Assembly (NCBI GenBank): GCA_964447495.1
Contig: CAYUTF010000043.1
Location: forward strand, 1 to 26,401
Length of the DNA stretch: 26,401 nt
Direction of reading: 5' to 3'
Source of the DNA: an uncultured archaeon
GTDB lineage: Archaea > Asgardarchaeota > Lokiarchaeia > Sigyniarchaeales > SOKP01
Position numbers and translations under genes: made by a program. How positions within the stretch are numbered: position 1 is the first letter of the stretch; each line of letters opens with the position of its first letter. This document shows, piece by piece, positions 9,222 through 18,407 of this stretch. Below the pieces are notes generated by a model that ran no database searches, was not told the origin of the DNA, and was given only the letters and a program-made list of their open reading frames with translations.

Positions 9222-10448
9222 TTAAGGGAGTCCTATAAATGTTTCTTCATTCATGCTTTTCTTTAATTTTCCATATAAGATGATACTCATTAGAAATGCA
9301 AAAAATAGTAAAATCGCGCTAAAATAAAATGGTGCTCCCAAACCAAAATATTGATAGAAAAAACCAGCAAATAATGGTCCCGGAATTAGAGCAAAACTAG
9401 CTACAGATTGTGTTAACCCAAGAAATCCCCCTTGCTCATCTTCAGTAGAAATCTTTGAAACAATACTTGGAACGGCAGTCCTTACAAAACCCGACCCCAA
9501 TGAAAGCATTGCAACCAAAATAAAGAAAAGAATAAGACTGGGAGTAATCGGCATAATTAACATTCCAATAAGAACTGAGACTAAGCCAAATATGATTAAT
9601 ATCCCCTCTCCTATCTTCTCAGATAATTTCCCAATCACAAATCCTTGCATTATTAGCTGTAGAGCTCCAATATAGACGAATACAAAAGATAACTGAACCT
9701 CATTAAAGTTAAAAAATGCTATTGTTAAAAACGGGATTAATATAGGAATCGCAGCATAAGACACGGTCATAATAAAAAATACAAACAATAATGAGGGTAA
9801 TAAGGGCTTTTTCAAAGAGTTTTTTAAATTTACTAAGAAGCCAGACGTATTAGCTTTTGTAAGCTTCATAATATTATTGGTATTTCTTGGAGGCTCTGGA
9901 AGGAAAAAATAAACAGAGATTAAGTTTACTAATGTCAATCCTATAGCTATAAGCCCAGGAGCCCAATAACCGAAGATACTTAAGAATCCTCCAATCGAAG
10001 GCCCCACAATGACCCCAGCAGAAAATGCAGCTCTTACTTTACCCAACCCCGATGTTCTTCTCTTACTTGTCGTAATATCTGCCATATATGCTTGAGCAAT
10101 TGAGATTTCTGTTGCCATACCAGAGAACATGCGGGAGAGCAAAAGGAAATAATAGGAACTTGCAATAGTAAACATAAAAAAACTGGCACTTGATAAGGAG
10201 ATTGAGATCAGAAGAAGTTTTCGCCGTCCATATTTATCTGATAATCGCCCCATAATAGGAGAAAATATAAATTGCATTAACGCAAACACATTCATCAAAA
10301 TACCTAACCCTAATGGGCCTAGATTGAAAGAAACAGTATAAAAAGGGAGAAGCGGAATAACCATTGCATACCCTGTAGCGTCAATAAAAATTGTCATCAA
10401 TATTACAAATTGTTGCACAAATTTTGACTTTTGAGCAGATTTTTCCAT
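9222..10448 (-). CDS. MFS transporter, TetA/DHA1-like
   Basis: About 12 hydrophobic segments; motif A GRLSDKYGRRK; AYMADIT; GVIVGPSIGG. Confidence 0.9.
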   Translation of the reverse strand: MEKSAQKSKFVQQFVILMTIFIDATGYAMVIPLLPFYTVSFNLGPLGLGILMNVFALMQFIFSPIMGRLSDKYGRRKLLLISISLSSASFFMFTIASSYYFLLLSRMFSGMATEISIAQAYMADITTSKRRTSGLGKVRAAFSAGVIVGPSIGGFLSIFGYWAPGLIAIGLTLVNLISVYFFLPEPPRNTNNIMKLTKANTSGFLVNLKNSLKKPLLPSLLFVFFIMTVSYAAIPILIPFLTIAFFNFNEVQLSFVFVYIGALQLIMQGFVIGKLSEKIGEGILIIFGLVSVLIGMLIMPITPSLILFFILVAMLSLGSGFVRTAVPSIVSKISTEDEQGGFLGLTQSVASFALIPGPLFAGFFYQYFGLGAPFYFSAILLFFAFLMSIILYGKLKKSMNEETFIGLP

Positions 10449-10627
10449 AATAATACGATAATAGAATTTAATTAGTAACTTAAAATTAAGAAATAGAATA
10501 ATAGTACTTTAAAAATTTTTTTTATTATGTTTTCTCAAAAAAATCTTAAGCCCCATTTGTTGAATTTTCTAAAATCAAATACCAAAAAAGTAAATCAAAT
10601 AAATAGTGTTATGTGTTAGTATCATTT

Positions 10628-11455
10628 ATGACGGAAAAGAGAATTTTTTCGGATGATAGAATCCAAGAGACAATGCTGGGACCATTATGGGCTCGGGCAA
10701 AATATAGTAAACAATATCCTGAACTCTTGGATGATCCAAAAGCACGTGAAATTGTTGAAAAACTTGATTATGACTTTTCAGAAATAAAAAATTACTTAGG
10801 GGAATGGAGAGGGTTAGGATTACTTGCAAGAGCAAGTAATTTTGATATTACAGTTAAGAGTTTTATGCAAGAGCATCCTGAAGCAACCTTGGTAAACATC
10901 GGAGCAGGGTTAGATACTACTTTTTCAAGAGTTGATAATGGGTGTATTAGATGTTATAATTTAGATTTGCCGGAAGCAGCAAGATTTCGAAAAACCCTTA
11001 TACAAGATACAGAACGAAACAAGACTATTGCTAAATCGGTTTTCAATACAGATTGGATTAATGAAATTCTCTATACTGAATCCAAAGGTATATTTTTTAT
11101 GGCAGGTGGTTTTATTTATTACTTTACTCAAGAACAAATCAGAACGTTATTTGTTTCGTTAGCAGAACAGTTTCCTAATAGAGAGATTGTCTTCGATGCA
11201 ACTTCTAAATTAGCAAATAAGATTATAAATAGAAGAGCCAAAAGAGTAGGAGAAAAAGAAGTTAGATTACATTTTGGCGTTGGTAATCCTGAAAAAAAAT
11301 TTTCTACTTGGTCTCCTAAAATTCAAATTAAAGATTCGTATACTATGTGGTCCAGAACTGAAATCAATCCAAATTGGCATAAAAAGACAATTAAAGCAAT
11401 TAAAGTATCAGAACGATTCAAAGCCGCAAAGATTATTCATTTAAGTTTTTTATAA
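10628..11455 (+). CDS. Class I SAM-dependent methyltransferase (LCM/TcmP-like O-methyltransferase family)
   Basis: ETMLGPLWARA, DPKA, VNIGAGLDTTFSR, DLPE, GGFIYYF motifs. I prefer the ATG at 10628 to the GTG at 10613. Confidence 0.85.
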   Translation: MTEKRIFSDDRIQETMLGPLWARAKYSKQYPELLDDPKAREIVEKLDYDFSEIKNYLGEWRGLGLLARASNFDITVKSFMQEHPEATLVNIGAGLDTTFSRVDNGCIRCYNLDLPEAARFRKTLIQDTERNKTIAKSVFNTDWINEILYTESKGIFFMAGGFIYYFTQEQIRTLFVSLAEQFPNREIVFDATSKLANKIINRRAKRVGEKEVRLHFGVGNPEKKFSTWSPKIQIKDSYTMWSRTEINPNWHKKTIKAIKVSERFKAAKIIHLSFL

Positions 11456-11577
11456 CAATCAATAGGATCAAGCCTTTTTAAAAATTGGACTTTTTTTTCG
11501 AAATTCTTTGATTAGCCAAACAGAAGAATTCATATACTAAATTTTTTAAAATACAATACTTTCTAAAAATTAAGTTT

Positions 11578-11601
11578 GTTATATCATAATGATATCATTA
11601 T
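11578..11601. promoter_or_regulatory. Putative operator upstream of the fwd cluster (overlapping palindromes)
   Basis: Perfect 16-bp palindrome ATAATGATATCATTAT at 11586-11601, overlapping the 7-1-7 repeat ATATCAT-A-ATGATAT at 11581-11595; ends 21 nt before the fwdG ATG. Confidence 0.5.
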
Positions 11602-11622
11602 AGAATTATTATTGAAAAGAGA

Positions 11623-11880
11623 ATGCAAATCTTCAAATTAATGATAAATAAGAACCGGTGTTTCGGTTGCAACGACTGTGTAGTTAGTTGCCCATTAAAT
11701 TTCAATCAACTAAGAAAAGATAGTTATCTTAGCGAAAAAAATGCTGTGCTTTTAGTTAAAAATGGAGTTGCTTTTCCAATATATAATAAAGAAAGAGAAG
11801 TAAATTGTGACGGGTGTGGAGTTTGTATTTCTATTTGCCCGGCACGCGCAATTAGAATTGAAACTGTGGAGGAAGATTAA
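11623..11880 (+). CDS. fwdG: Formylmethanofuran dehydrogenase subunit G-like 2[4Fe-4S] ferredoxin
   Basis: CFGCNDCVVSCP and CDGCGVCISICP separated by a VLLVKNGV insert as in FwdG; first gene of the fwd cluster. Confidence 0.75.
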   Translation: MQIFKLMINKNRCFGCNDCVVSCPLNFNQLRKDSYLSEKNAVLLVKNGVAFPIYNKEREVNCDGCGVCISICPARAIRIETVEED

Positions 11881-11882
11881 AA

Positions 11883-12593
11883 ATGTCATTTCCTAAAATT
11901 TCAAGAACGATCTCTAAACAAGAAGAACATGTAATGGTTCAATTTCTTACAGAAAGTTTAGAACTTATTTTAAATCGTGAGAAATGTGTGGGGTGCGGAA
12001 CATGTGCGAGAGTTTGTCCCAAAGAAGCTATTTCACGTGGACCTGTTGGTGCTTCACGAAGGTTTCCTGCTACGGCAGACATTATTCCTGAGGTATACGA
12101 TCCGCATAAATGTGTATTTTGTGGTACTTGTGTGGTAATGTGTCCATTTGGCGCATTAACCTTAAAAAAAGATGGGAAAATCATCAATTTGGCAGATATT
12201 CCAATTGTTGCTGAAAAAGTTGTTCCAAAGTTAGAATTTGAGACCAAAAAGTTGAAAAATGATAGAATTGTTAAGCAATATGCTATAGCGGAAGTATCTG
12301 TTGTCGATGAAGAATGTGCGAAAGGGTGCGGTTCTTGTGCAGAAGTGTGTCCTTCCGGAACTATCGCAATTGCTAAACGCCCAGAACATGGATGGGAAAA
12401 GTCTAAAAATGTTGAAGTTGTTGATCCAGATGCGTGCGTTGCGTGCGGAGCTTGTAATAATGCTTGCCCGACAGGAGCATTAAAATTGAAGATAATAGAA
12501 GTTAAAACTTCAGGAGAGTTTAGCGAAATGTTCTGGATTCCCTTACTTGAAAGACTAAAAACTCTAAGATGGAGTAAAAAGGAGGAGAAATAA
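11883..12593 (+). CDS. fwdF: Short FwdF-like polyferredoxin (4 cluster motifs)
   Basis: CVGCGTCARVCP..AI..GPVGA..R matches the FwdF N-terminus; also CVFCGTCVVMCP, CAKGCGSCAEVCP and CVACGACNNACP. Confidence 0.7.
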   Translation: MSFPKISRTISKQEEHVMVQFLTESLELILNREKCVGCGTCARVCPKEAISRGPVGASRRFPATADIIPEVYDPHKCVFCGTCVVMCPFGALTLKKDGKIINLADIPIVAEKVVPKLEFETKKLKNDRIVKQYAIAEVSVVDEECAKGCGSCAEVCPSGTIAIAKRPEHGWEKSKNVEVVDPDACVACGACNNACPTGALKLKIIEVKTSGEFSEMFWIPLLERLKTLRWSKKEEK

Positions 12594-12595
12594 GA

Positions 12596-12994
12596 TTGAG
12601 CCTAAATAACTTAATATTAATTACTGGTCGCACCATCAATCAAGGAGTTGCATTAGAGGGCGGTAAAACCACTCGGGAAAATGTGAGAGCTGCGGGAATA
12701 TGTGCATTTGATAAAAATGATTTTATTAAGTTAAATTGCCTTGCTGGAACTCCAGTAAAAGTAATTACTGATTTTGGAGAAGTATTAGTGTATTCTACGA
12801 TTTCAGAAGAAGGTCCCCATCCAGGGATCATTTTCATTCCTATGGGCCCTTGGGCAAACCAAGTGGTAAATCCTGATTCTCAATCTAGTGGAACTCCAAC
12901 TTTTAAAGGGATAAAGGCCAGAGTAGAAGTTGTTAAGAATGCTAAAGTTTTAGATGCGGTTCAATTAATTAGTAAATTAAAAGAGTCAAATTAG
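12596..12994 (+). CDS. fwdD: Formylmethanofuran dehydrogenase subunit D
   Basis: LITGRTINQG...EGGK, IFIPMGPWANQVV, GTPTFKGI; TTG start with GGAGG upstream. Confidence 0.92.
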   Translation: MSLNNLILITGRTINQGVALEGGKTTRENVRAAGICAFDKNDFIKLNCLAGTPVKVITDFGEVLVYSTISEEGPHPGIIFIPMGPWANQVVNPDSQSSGTPTFKGIKARVEVVKNAKVLDAVQLISKLKESN

Positions 12995-13004
12995 GGGGAT
13001 AAAA

Positions 13005-14333
13005 GTGGTTGATAAAAATGTTAAAACCTATTATGATGTGATATGCCCTTTTTGTGGTACCTTATGCGACGATCTTGAAATAGATGTTGATCAAAAAGAG
13101 CAAAAAGTTGTAGAAGTAAGAAATGGGTGTCAAATAGGAACTAGAAAGTTCTATTCATCGAATCCAAGTGAACACAGATATACGACACCTTTAATTAGAG
13201 AAAATGGGTCATTTAAAGAGACATCATGGGATGAAGCGATTGATAAAGCGGCTGATATATTAGTAAAAGCAAAAAGACCATTGTTATATGGTTTTGCAAG
13301 TACAGAATGTGATGCACAAGCTAAAGGAGTTGAATTGGCAGAGATTTTAGGCGGAATTTTAGATAATACCGCATCAGTATGTCATGGACCAACTTTGCTC
13401 GCCGAGCAGGACGTAGGCGTTCCAACCTCTACATTAGGAGAATATAAAAATCGCGCAGATTTAGTTATTTTTTGGGGTAGTAATCCTGTTCATGCTCACC
13501 CAAGACATCTTGGGAGGTATAGTGATTTTGTTCGAGGGTATTTTCGACAAGATGGGCGAAATGACAGATTTATTGTCGTTGTTGATCCGAGAAATACCAA
13601 CACTGCTCAAATTGCTGACTTGTATATCAGAGTGAATCCAAATGAGGATTATGAGCTTTTTAACGCGATTCGAGCCACTCTGAGAGGGGTTGAGATTGAT
13701 GAAAAAGAAGTAGCTGGTGTTCCTAAGGACGATATTGTGAAATTAGTAAATATTATGAAGGATAGTCATTATGGGGTAATCTTTTTCGGTATGGGCCTTA
13801 CGCAAACAATCTCACATCACAGAAATATTGATGCTGCTGTTTGTTTAACACGAGAACTAAATAATTATACTAAATTTTTAATTACCCCAATGCGGGGCCA
13901 TTATAATATAACAGGAGCTAATGCGGTATTTACTTGGAATACGGGTTATGCTTATTCGATGGATTTTTCAAGAGGATATGCTCGTTATAATCCCGGGGAA
14001 TTTTCTTCCGTTGATGTGTTGATGAGGGATGAAATCGATGCTTCATTGATAGTTGCTTCAGATCCCGCAAGCAACTTTCCTGCTGGAGCGGTTAAGAATA
14101 TGTTTAAACATCCTTTAATTTCAATCGAACCGCACCATACACCAACATCTGTTAATGCCGATATAATTTTACCTGCGGCATTTGCCGGTATAGAAACTGA
14201 AGGAACCGCTTATCGGATGGACCATGTTCCGCTAAGATTGAGAAAAGTAAAAGATCCTCCGGGAAATGTGTTGTCTGATAAAAAGATATTAGAGAGATTA
14301 ATAGAAAAAGTAAAAGAGAAAAAGGGGGAATAA
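13005..14333 (+). CDS. fwdB: W/Mo formylmethanofuran dehydrogenase subunit B (Cys form)
   Basis: CPFCGTLCDD...C [4Fe-4S] motif; metal-ligand Cys in TASVCHGP; NPVHAHPRH; PMRGHYN; GTAYRMD. GTG start. Confidence 0.95.
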   Translation: MVDKNVKTYYDVICPFCGTLCDDLEIDVDQKEQKVVEVRNGCQIGTRKFYSSNPSEHRYTTPLIRENGSFKETSWDEAIDKAADILVKAKRPLLYGFASTECDAQAKGVELAEILGGILDNTASVCHGPTLLAEQDVGVPTSTLGEYKNRADLVIFWGSNPVHAHPRHLGRYSDFVRGYFRQDGRNDRFIVVVDPRNTNTAQIADLYIRVNPNEDYELFNAIRATLRGVEIDEKEVAGVPKDDIVKLVNIMKDSHYGVIFFGMGLTQTISHHRNIDAAVCLTRELNNYTKFLITPMRGHYNITGANAVFTWNTGYAYSMDFSRGYARYNPGEFSSVDVLMRDEIDASLIVASDPASNFPAGAVKNMFKHPLISIEPHHTPTSVNADIILPAAFAGIETEGTAYRMDHVPLRLRKVKDPPGNVLSDKKILERLIEKVKEKKGE

Positions 14334-14336
14334 GTC

Positions 14337-15146
14337 ATGGCGGAAATAAAGTTAAAGTTGAAAAAGCAGCCAAAATTTCCATTAGAGGCAGATGTTATAA
14401 CCCCTGATATCTTAGCGGGAAAACCAGCTGCAGAAATTAAAAAACTATTATTATACTATGGAAATGAATCTGTGAAATTAGGGGATTTTTTTGATGTGAC
14501 GGGAAAATCAACTAATCCTAGAGATACCAAGATTATTATAGACGGAGACTTATCCAATGTGAAACGTATTGGGGAGAAAATGACTGATGGTGAAATTATA
14601 ATTAACGGAGATGTCGGTATGCATGTTGGAAATCAAATGGAGGGGGGAAAGATTACTGTAAATGGAAATGCTGGCGATTGGGCAGGCGCTATGCTAAAAG
14701 GTGGTGAATTAGAAATAACTGGTGATGCAGGTAACTACATTGGGGCCGCATATCGAGGATTCTGGATTGGTATGGAGAATGGCACAATTAAAGTAGGAGG
14801 AAAGATTGGCAGAGAATCAATGCTATGGGCGAGGAGCTCAAAAGGGGCAGCACAATTTCCAATATTAATGTGTGGAGCTGCTGGATCCTTCTTAGGGATG
14901 CACAATCATGGTGGAACAATTATGGTTGAAGGAGATGTGGATAGGTGTGCTGGTGCAGATCAAGTATGGGGGCAAATAATCATTAAAGGAAAGGTATCAA
15001 AATTATTACCCTCGTTTAAAAAGATTGGTGAAACTAACGAGATAGAACTTCCTAATGGACAAAAAGTATCAGGAAAGTTCATTGAATATAGTGGAGATCA
15101 TAGCGTTAATAAAGAAACAAAAGGCAGATTATATCTTGCTGCCTAA
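14337..15146 (+). CDS. fwdC: Formylmethanofuran dehydrogenase subunit C
   Basis: PLEADVITPD, LGDFFDV and repeated G..M.GG.I.V.G beta-helix units. Confidence 0.94.
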   Translation: MAEIKLKLKKQPKFPLEADVITPDILAGKPAAEIKKLLLYYGNESVKLGDFFDVTGKSTNPRDTKIIIDGDLSNVKRIGEKMTDGEIIINGDVGMHVGNQMEGGKITVNGNAGDWAGAMLKGGELEITGDAGNYIGAAYRGFWIGMENGTIKVGGKIGRESMLWARSSKGAAQFPILMCGAAGSFLGMHNHGGTIMVEGDVDRCAGADQVWGQIIIKGKVSKLLPSFKKIGETNEIELPNGQKVSGKFIEYSGDHSVNKETKGRLYLAA

Positions 15147-15169
15147 AGTATTTATGATTTTTAACACAA

Positions 15170-15188
15170 TTTCTTTTTAATTTTTTTT
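15170..15188 (+). terminator. Oligo-T tract after fwdC
   Basis: tttctttttaatttttttt downstream of the fwdC stop. Confidence 0.4.
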
Positions 15189-15227
15189 GATTAATCAATA
15201 GTAAAATACAATTATTTTATTCTGAGT

Positions 15228-16037
15228 ATGTTCAAAAGAGTTATAAATATTAAGAAGATTAATAAGAAGGAAATAATCGATGTTAATGATACGATTTTAA
15301 TAGAAGCTCCAGTTGATTTATTGCTAAATAACGAACCCTTAGTTAATATTGTATGTTTGCCTAAAGATTTAAAAGAATTGGGAGTAGGATTCTTATACTC
15401 GATAGGAATTATTAATACTTTTAATGAAATTGAAGATATTGTGGTTAATGAAGTAGAAAATGAAATAAATATTACTCTAAACAAAGATACTAAATTTGAT
15501 TTAGAAGTATTAAAATTGAACCCAGTAAGTAGAGTCATCGATACAAGCTGTGGAATATCATCTCCGTGGAGAAGTATCATCAAAAGCTCACTAGATAAGA
15601 GAATCTTGACTGATAAAGTTAAAGACACTTTCAAGATTTCTACAGAAGTCATTTCAAAAGCTGTTTTAGAGATGCAGAAAAATACGCCTCTTTTTAAAGA
15701 AACTGGAGGTTGCCATGGAGCCGCACTTTTCGACCAAAGCGGAGGGTTAATTGCAATTAAGGAAGATATAGGAAGGCATAACGCTATAGACAAATTAATA
15801 GGTTATTCACTTATCAACAATATTAATATGAAAACCACCTTTATGACTACGACAGGAAGATTAACGGGAGACTCAGTATTAAAGGCAATTAGGGCACAAA
15901 TACCCATTTTAGCTTCATTATCGGCAGCGATTGAATCTGGAGTAAGATTAGCTTTTGGGTATGGGCTTACTTTAATTGGATTTGTACGAGGGAAAAAAAT
16001 GAATATCTATACCCATCCCTATAGAATTTTAATATAA
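15228..16037 (+). CDS. fdhD: FdhD sulfurtransferase (Mo/W-bisPGD sulfuration accessory protein)
   Basis: EAPV, P.DLKELGVGFLYS.G, SCG, TGGCHGAALF, EDIGRHNAIDKLIG, TGR, LIGFVR...NIY. Confidence 0.93.
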   Translation: MFKRVINIKKINKKEIIDVNDTILIEAPVDLLLNNEPLVNIVCLPKDLKELGVGFLYSIGIINTFNEIEDIVVNEVENEINITLNKDTKFDLEVLKLNPVSRVIDTSCGISSPWRSIIKSSLDKRILTDKVKDTFKISTEVISKAVLEMQKNTPLFKETGGCHGAALFDQSGGLIAIKEDIGRHNAIDKLIGYSLINNINMKTTFMTTTGRLTGDSVLKAIRAQIPILASLSAAIESGVRLAFGYGLTLIGFVRGKKMNIYTHPYRILI

Positions 16038-16184
16038 ATTTTTTATAGTAGTTCTGTATGTAATTCTTTATATTATTTCATGATTTATACAAAAATCATA
16101 CTAAAGAAATAAATGGAAATAATTATCTATAAATAATAGATAACATATTCGCATTAAATTTTAATTCTAAAAAGTTGAGATAAA

Positions 16185-16775
16185 ATGGAAAATAAAAAAT
16201 GGATAATACTAACGCTCATTGGTGGGGTTCTGATGATAATAGGATCCGCTGTGGGTACAATCGCTTTTTACGAATTTTTATATAATCTTGTATCAGGTTA
16301 TATAAGTGAAGATTTTAAACCGCTTATTTCTAGCATCCTTGGCATAATAAGCTTCTTAGCTGCAGGAGGAGGTTACACTGTGATTGCTGGTTTAATATTA
16401 TATATGTTAAAACAATATCGTTTAGGAAGAATTATCATTACTTTTGGTACTAGCTTCGGAATTATTGGCATTATTGTTTTTATTACCTATTATATAGTAA
16501 ATCTTACGGGAATAATTACGAACCCAACAATTCTGGCTTATTTAACTCAAATATACGGTCTGTTTTCATTTAATACCGGCTTTGGTTTCGCAGGAACACT
16601 TCTTGCAGTTATAGGGAGAATAGGATTAAAGAAGCCGAAAGGAATCCCTGAGGAAAAACCTGAACCCGAAGAAAAAGAAGCTTCAGAAGTTAAGTATTGT
16701 CCAAATTGTGGAAAAGTTTTACCGGTTCATGCTAATTTCTGTAATGAATGTGGGACCGATTTTGGAGAACGTTAA
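16185..16775 (+). CDS. Uncharacterised multi-pass membrane protein with C-terminal double zinc ribbon
   Basis: About four Gly-rich hydrophobic segments, an E/K/P linker, then CPNCG...FCNECG. Confidence 0.75.
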   Translation: MENKKWIILTLIGGVLMIIGSAVGTIAFYEFLYNLVSGYISEDFKPLISSILGIISFLAAGGGYTVIAGLILYMLKQYRLGRIIITFGTSFGIIGIIVFITYYIVNLTGIITNPTILAYLTQIYGLFSFNTGFGFAGTLLAVIGRIGLKKPKGIPEEKPEPEEKEASEVKYCPNCGKVLPVHANFCNECGTDFGER

Positions 16776-16788
16776 AAAGGGATAGAAA

Positions 16789-17301
16789 ATGCAACATAAA
16801 ACAGGAATAATTCTCTTAATTATTGGAGGGGCAATAATGATTGCTAGTTCAGCAATCGGAAGTATAGGAGTATTTGAACTATTATATAACTTAGCACTAA
16901 CCTACGTTTCTGCAGAGTTTATTCCATTATTAACATTCATATTAAACATCATAAGATTCATCGCGGATACGGGAGGCTTTGCGATCATTATTGGGGCTTT
17001 CTTTATAATGATAAATCAAATAAGAATTGGAAAGTTCATTATCTGGATAGGACTTACATTTGGAGCATTGGCATTAATTGTATGGATTATTTCCCAAATA
17101 GTGAACTATACCGGAATTATTACCGACCCTACCATACTAAGCTACCTAAATCAACTTTATGGCTTTTTCACATATAATACGGGATTAGCATTTTTAGGAG
17201 TTACCATCGCAATTATCGGCCGAGCCTTTGTAAAAAAACAAAAGAAGCCGAAACTGGTTGAGGTAAAAGAATCATCATTAAATACGGAAGATTTTTTATA
17301 A
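16789..17301 (+). CDS. Uncharacterised multi-pass membrane protein, paralogue of the upstream gene, no zinc ribbon
   Basis: Aligns without gaps to the first ~145 aa of the previous ORF (e.g. IVNxTGIITxPTILxYLxQxYG.F..NTG). Confidence 0.75.
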   Translation: MQHKTGIILLIIGGAIMIASSAIGSIGVFELLYNLALTYVSAEFIPLLTFILNIIRFIADTGGFAIIIGAFFIMINQIRIGKFIIWIGLTFGALALIVWIISQIVNYTGIITDPTILSYLNQLYGFFTYNTGLAFLGVTIAIIGRAFVKKQKKPKLVEVKESSLNTEDFL

Positions 17302-17497
17302 AAACAAAGTGCTTAAGCTACTGTTTTTTTATTTTATTTACGTTTAGTATGATATAACATTATTATTATTGTTATTCTATTTACTAAGTTTTTTAATAAA
17401 GCTAGCATTAAACCACATATTATTATTGTATAAATTATAGTTAATTTTCATATAGTCAAACCGAAATAAATTTATAAATTAAAAAGAGGAAATTGAA

Positions 17498-18388
17498 ATG
17501 GCTAAAGTGGAATCTGAATATAAGCTTTTTCAGGGCTGTACGATTGGAAACCGAATTCCCTTCATTGAAGCGAGTGCACGTAAAGTTTTTGATAAACTAG
17601 GGATAAAAACATCCGAAGCTCCTTTTGCATGTTGTCCCGATCCAGTTGGGTTCAATGCTGTGGACCATACAAGCTGGTTGGCAATGGGAGCTCGCAATCT
17701 TACGATAGCTGAGCAAGAAGGAAAAAACATCGTTTCTCTGTGTAATGGGTGTTTTCAGACACTCAAAGCGGTAAACCATGAACTAACACATGATGATCAT
17801 GAGAAGCAGAAAATAAATGACATCTTGAAAAAAGTGAAGCGTGAATTTCAAGGATCAATCAAGGTGAAGCATTTTGTTGAGGTATTGTATGATCTTGGTG
17901 TAGATAAGATCAAAGAGCATGTAAAAATTGAACTATCTGGGCTAAAGGTTGCATGTCATACTGGATGCCACTATAACCGTCCGTCAGAGATAATGCAGAC
18001 TGATGATCCGATGGAACCAAAAAAGCTTAGGGAGCTTGTTGCTGCAGTTGGAGCAACTCCGGTAGATTATGAAGAAGAAATGCTCTGTTGCGGTGCGGGG
18101 GTAGGAAATACCGAAGAAGAACCTTCCATGCAGGTATTGGCAAACAAATTCAATAGTGCATTAAATGCTGGAGCCGAAGCATTCGTAGTTATTTGTCCTG
18201 CGTGCTTCCAGCAAATGGACACTAATCAAAAGAAAGCAGGACAGCAAGTAAATAAAGATTTCAATATTCCGATCTTATATCTGACTGAACTCTTTGCATT
18301 GGCATTTGGGGAAAAACCTGATGATTTGGGATTAAAATTTCATCGAAGCAGAGTTACATCCTTCTTGGAAAAATATGGCTTTAAATAA
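17498..18388 (+). CDS. hdrB: Heterodisulfide reductase subunit B (CCG-domain protein)
   Basis: Two CCG domains: GC...CCP...CNGC and GCH..RP...CCGAG...CPAC; W.A.GARNL.IAE; QQMD; IPILYLTEL. Confidence 0.9.
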   Translation: MAKVESEYKLFQGCTIGNRIPFIEASARKVFDKLGIKTSEAPFACCPDPVGFNAVDHTSWLAMGARNLTIAEQEGKNIVSLCNGCFQTLKAVNHELTHDDHEKQKINDILKKVKREFQGSIKVKHFVEVLYDLGVDKIKEHVKIELSGLKVACHTGCHYNRPSEIMQTDDPMEPKKLRELVAAVGATPVDYEEEMLCCGAGVGNTEEEPSMQVLANKFNSALNAGAEAFVVICPACFQQMDTNQKKAGQQVNKDFNIPILYLTELFALAFGEKPDDLGLKFHRSRVTSFLEKYGFK

Positions 18389-18407
18389 AAAATTACACAA
18401 TAAAAAG

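Noticed and set aside
13005-14333. Selenocysteine form of FwdB (FwuB) or a SECIS element in the fwd/hdr region
   Set aside because: The metal-ligand codon is TGT (Cys) in TASVCHGP. No gene here has an internal TGA, and I saw no convincing SECIS-like stem in the AT-rich gaps.
15212-15793. 193-aa antisense ORF
   Set aside because: It lies opposite the clearly conserved fdhD and has no recognisable motifs; a shadow ORF.
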